Shown piece after piece: positions 62,665-64,000 of a stretch of 64,000 bases of DNA; position 1 is the stretch's first letter; each line of letters begins with the position of its first letter. This DNA is from a virus. The notes below the pieces were generated by a model, which did not search any database, was not told where the DNA came from, and saw only the letters and a list, made by a program, of their open reading frames with translations. The translations under genes and the position numbers were made by a program. Location of the stretch: positions 32,001 through 96,000 of the IMG/VR virus record IMGVR_UViG_3300050821_006280. The stretch is one strand, 5' to 3'.

Positions 62665-62776
62665 GCTCGCGGAGCGTGTTAAACCGGGTTGATCACCGGC
62701 GAAGACCTAGATCCGCCCGCTACGGCAGGAGGCATCCTGCCAGGGATCAGACACGAAAGAACGTGCTGGCGAGCCA
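62665..62776 (+). ncRNA. Unassigned multi-hairpin RNA
   Basis: Closing GCTCGC/GCGAGC-CA; hairpins CCGG/CCGG, GGCAGGA-GGCA-TCCTGCC and CACG/CGTG. Confidence 0.5.
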
Positions 62777-62779
62777 AAT

Positions 62780-62855
<76 letters not shown>

Positions 62856-62904
62856 GGAACATAAAAGTCGATTCTGGTATTGTTGATCGCATAGGAGGTC
62901 AACG

Positions 62905-63129
62905 ATGACGACCCGAACGACCAAAGAAATGGCCGAGGAAGTCCTTGAATCGTTGAAGTCTGCTCACGAGGACAAGCCTTGGTTCAAAAAGGCAGTACTC
63001 GAAACGAGTGACTTGGGCTATGGCGTTGACCTTTGGGTTGATCGCGAGAAGTTCAGGGCTCGGACCGACAAGTTCATGCCGCCCGGTGCCATCAATCATG
63101 TCGTTGTATGCGTAATGGTGCAGGGCTAA
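62905..63129 (+). CDS. Hypothetical protein
   Basis: AGGAGG RBS; 74 aa. Confidence 0.65.
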   Translation: MTTRTTKEMAEEVLESLKSAHEDKPWFKKAVLETSDLGYGVDLWVDREKFRARTDKFMPPGAINHVVVCVMVQG

Positions 63130-63133
63130 TCGC

Positions 63134-63209
63134 GCCCGTGTAGCTCAGCCTGGACAGAGCACCGGTTTACGAAGCCGGGTTTGCGGGGGTTCAAATCCCT
63201 CCTCGGGCA
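63134..63209 (+). tRNA. trnR: tRNA-Arg(ACG)
   Basis: CCGGT-TTACGAA-GCCGG. Confidence 0.88.
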
Positions 63210-63350
63210 CTTCGCCTCTAGCAATTTGAATGACAGTAGATCAGGATTGGTGTCGTGCACCGGAGTGCTGGACCCGTAATGCGCGTTGGTGGCCACCGAC
63301 GAGTCAAGCCAGCCGGGGATTGATCACGCCCGTTATCACAGTGATCATTT

Positions 63351-63425
63351 GGGCTGGTAGCTCAACGGGAGAGCAGCGGCTTTGCAAGCCGAAGGTTGTG
63401 GGTTCGATCCCCATCCGGTCCACCA
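63351..63425 (+). tRNA. trnA: tRNA-Ala(TGC)
   Basis: G3-U70 pair, TTTGCAA loop, CCA. Confidence 0.9.
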
Positions 63426-63435
63426 CGAGGTCTAG

Positions 63436-63702
63436 ATGTTCGAGATGATCATCGATGGCGTGTATTGTATCTCGGGGCGAGGAATTGTTGTAACAGGCCA
63501 CCCGAACCGAGAATCAATCCGTGTTGGAGAATCCGTCGAAATTTGGAATCCAGATGGATCTGCACTCGACACGGTAATCACGGGGGTGGAGATGGTTTCC
63601 CCTCGTCGGCCGAATGACAATATCGGTCTTCTTCTGCGAACGACAGAAACCTTGAAAACCAAGGACAACATCCACCCCGGCGCAGTCATGCGGCGCAAGT
63701 AA
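63436..63702 (+). CDS. Stand-alone EF-Tu domain II-like protein
   Basis: IDGVYCISGRGIVVTG...IRVGESVEI...TVITGVEM...DNIGLLLR matches the EF-Tu domain II pattern; GAGG RBS. Confidence 0.85.
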   Translation: MFEMIIDGVYCISGRGIVVTGHPNRESIRVGESVEIWNPDGSALDTVITGVEMVSPRRPNDNIGLLLRTTETLKTKDNIHPGAVMRRK

Positions 63703-63710
63703 GGTGACCC

Positions 63711-63893
63711 ATGGAACGCAAGCTGACGATGATCCAAGTCGACCTGGAGCAGTGCCGTTGTGGTGTCGGTGCCCATGGTGATGGCAATGGACCAACCGTG
63801 TTCATCACCATGTTCCACAACGAGTTCGACGAACCGATCGTTGACGACGAAGCACGCCGTCAGATCAAGACAATCTTCCCGCAATTCGAGTAG
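63711..63893 (+). CDS. Hypothetical protein
   Basis: AAGG RBS; 60 aa. Confidence 0.5.
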   Translation: MERKLTMIQVDLEQCRCGVGAHGDGNGPTVFITMFHNEFDEPIVDDEARRQIKTIFPQFE

Positions 63894-63900
63894 TTCAAAT

Positions 63901-63970
63901 GGGCAGCGGTCTGGGACCAAGCGAGTCTCCAAAACTTGCTAGCGCATGGGTTCGATCCCCCGGCGGCCCG
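63901..63970 (+). tRNA. Atypical tRNA-Trp(CCA) with a reduced D-arm and 6-bp anticodon stem
   Basis: GCGAGT-CTCCAAA-ACTTGC; D-arm GGT-CTGGG-ACC; G73. Confidence 0.65.
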
Positions 63971-64000
63971 CTAATGGATGGAGCAGTAGATGAGCGATCC

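Noticed and set aside
63977-64000. Possible start of another tRNA at the window edge
   Set aside because: Too little sequence to support a call.

Overview
This window is a segment of a large tailed dsDNA phage genome. The host is probably Myxococcota or another deltaproteobacterium, inferred from the IHF-beta type and from TAGACA-type -35 boxes. The minus strand (1-41.8 kb) carries a T4-like head and packaging module: probable capsid start, prohead protease-scaffold fusion, gp20-like portal, holin-like gene, and large and small terminase. It also carries a triplicated cassette of a small protein plus a PI3/4-kinase/HipA-like (pseudo)kinase. Next come a recombination and replication block (SSBs, RuvC-like, Cas4-like, Dam, RecA, degenerate SF2 helicase, primase, DnaB, DnaC-like, and an initiator containing an iteron origin), a dual-specificity phosphatase, both IHF subunits and a double zinc anti-sigma-like protein. 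The plus strand (42-64 kb) carries tail/fibre-like genes including a 3144-aa Gly-rich giant, several lipoproteins, and a dense array of about 24 tRNAs interleaved with small ORFs, two PD-(D/E)XK homing-type endonucleases, a stand-alone EF-Tu domain II and many structured non-coding elements. The most notable feature is three adjacent tRNA-shaped genes with different anticodons that carry the same covarying ~52-nt RNA domain in the variable arm. A fourth tRNA-shaped RNA has a ~100-nt domain in its D-loop. These look like natural tRNA-scaffolded ncRNAs. All calls come from reading the sequence by eye; no database searches or folding programs were run.
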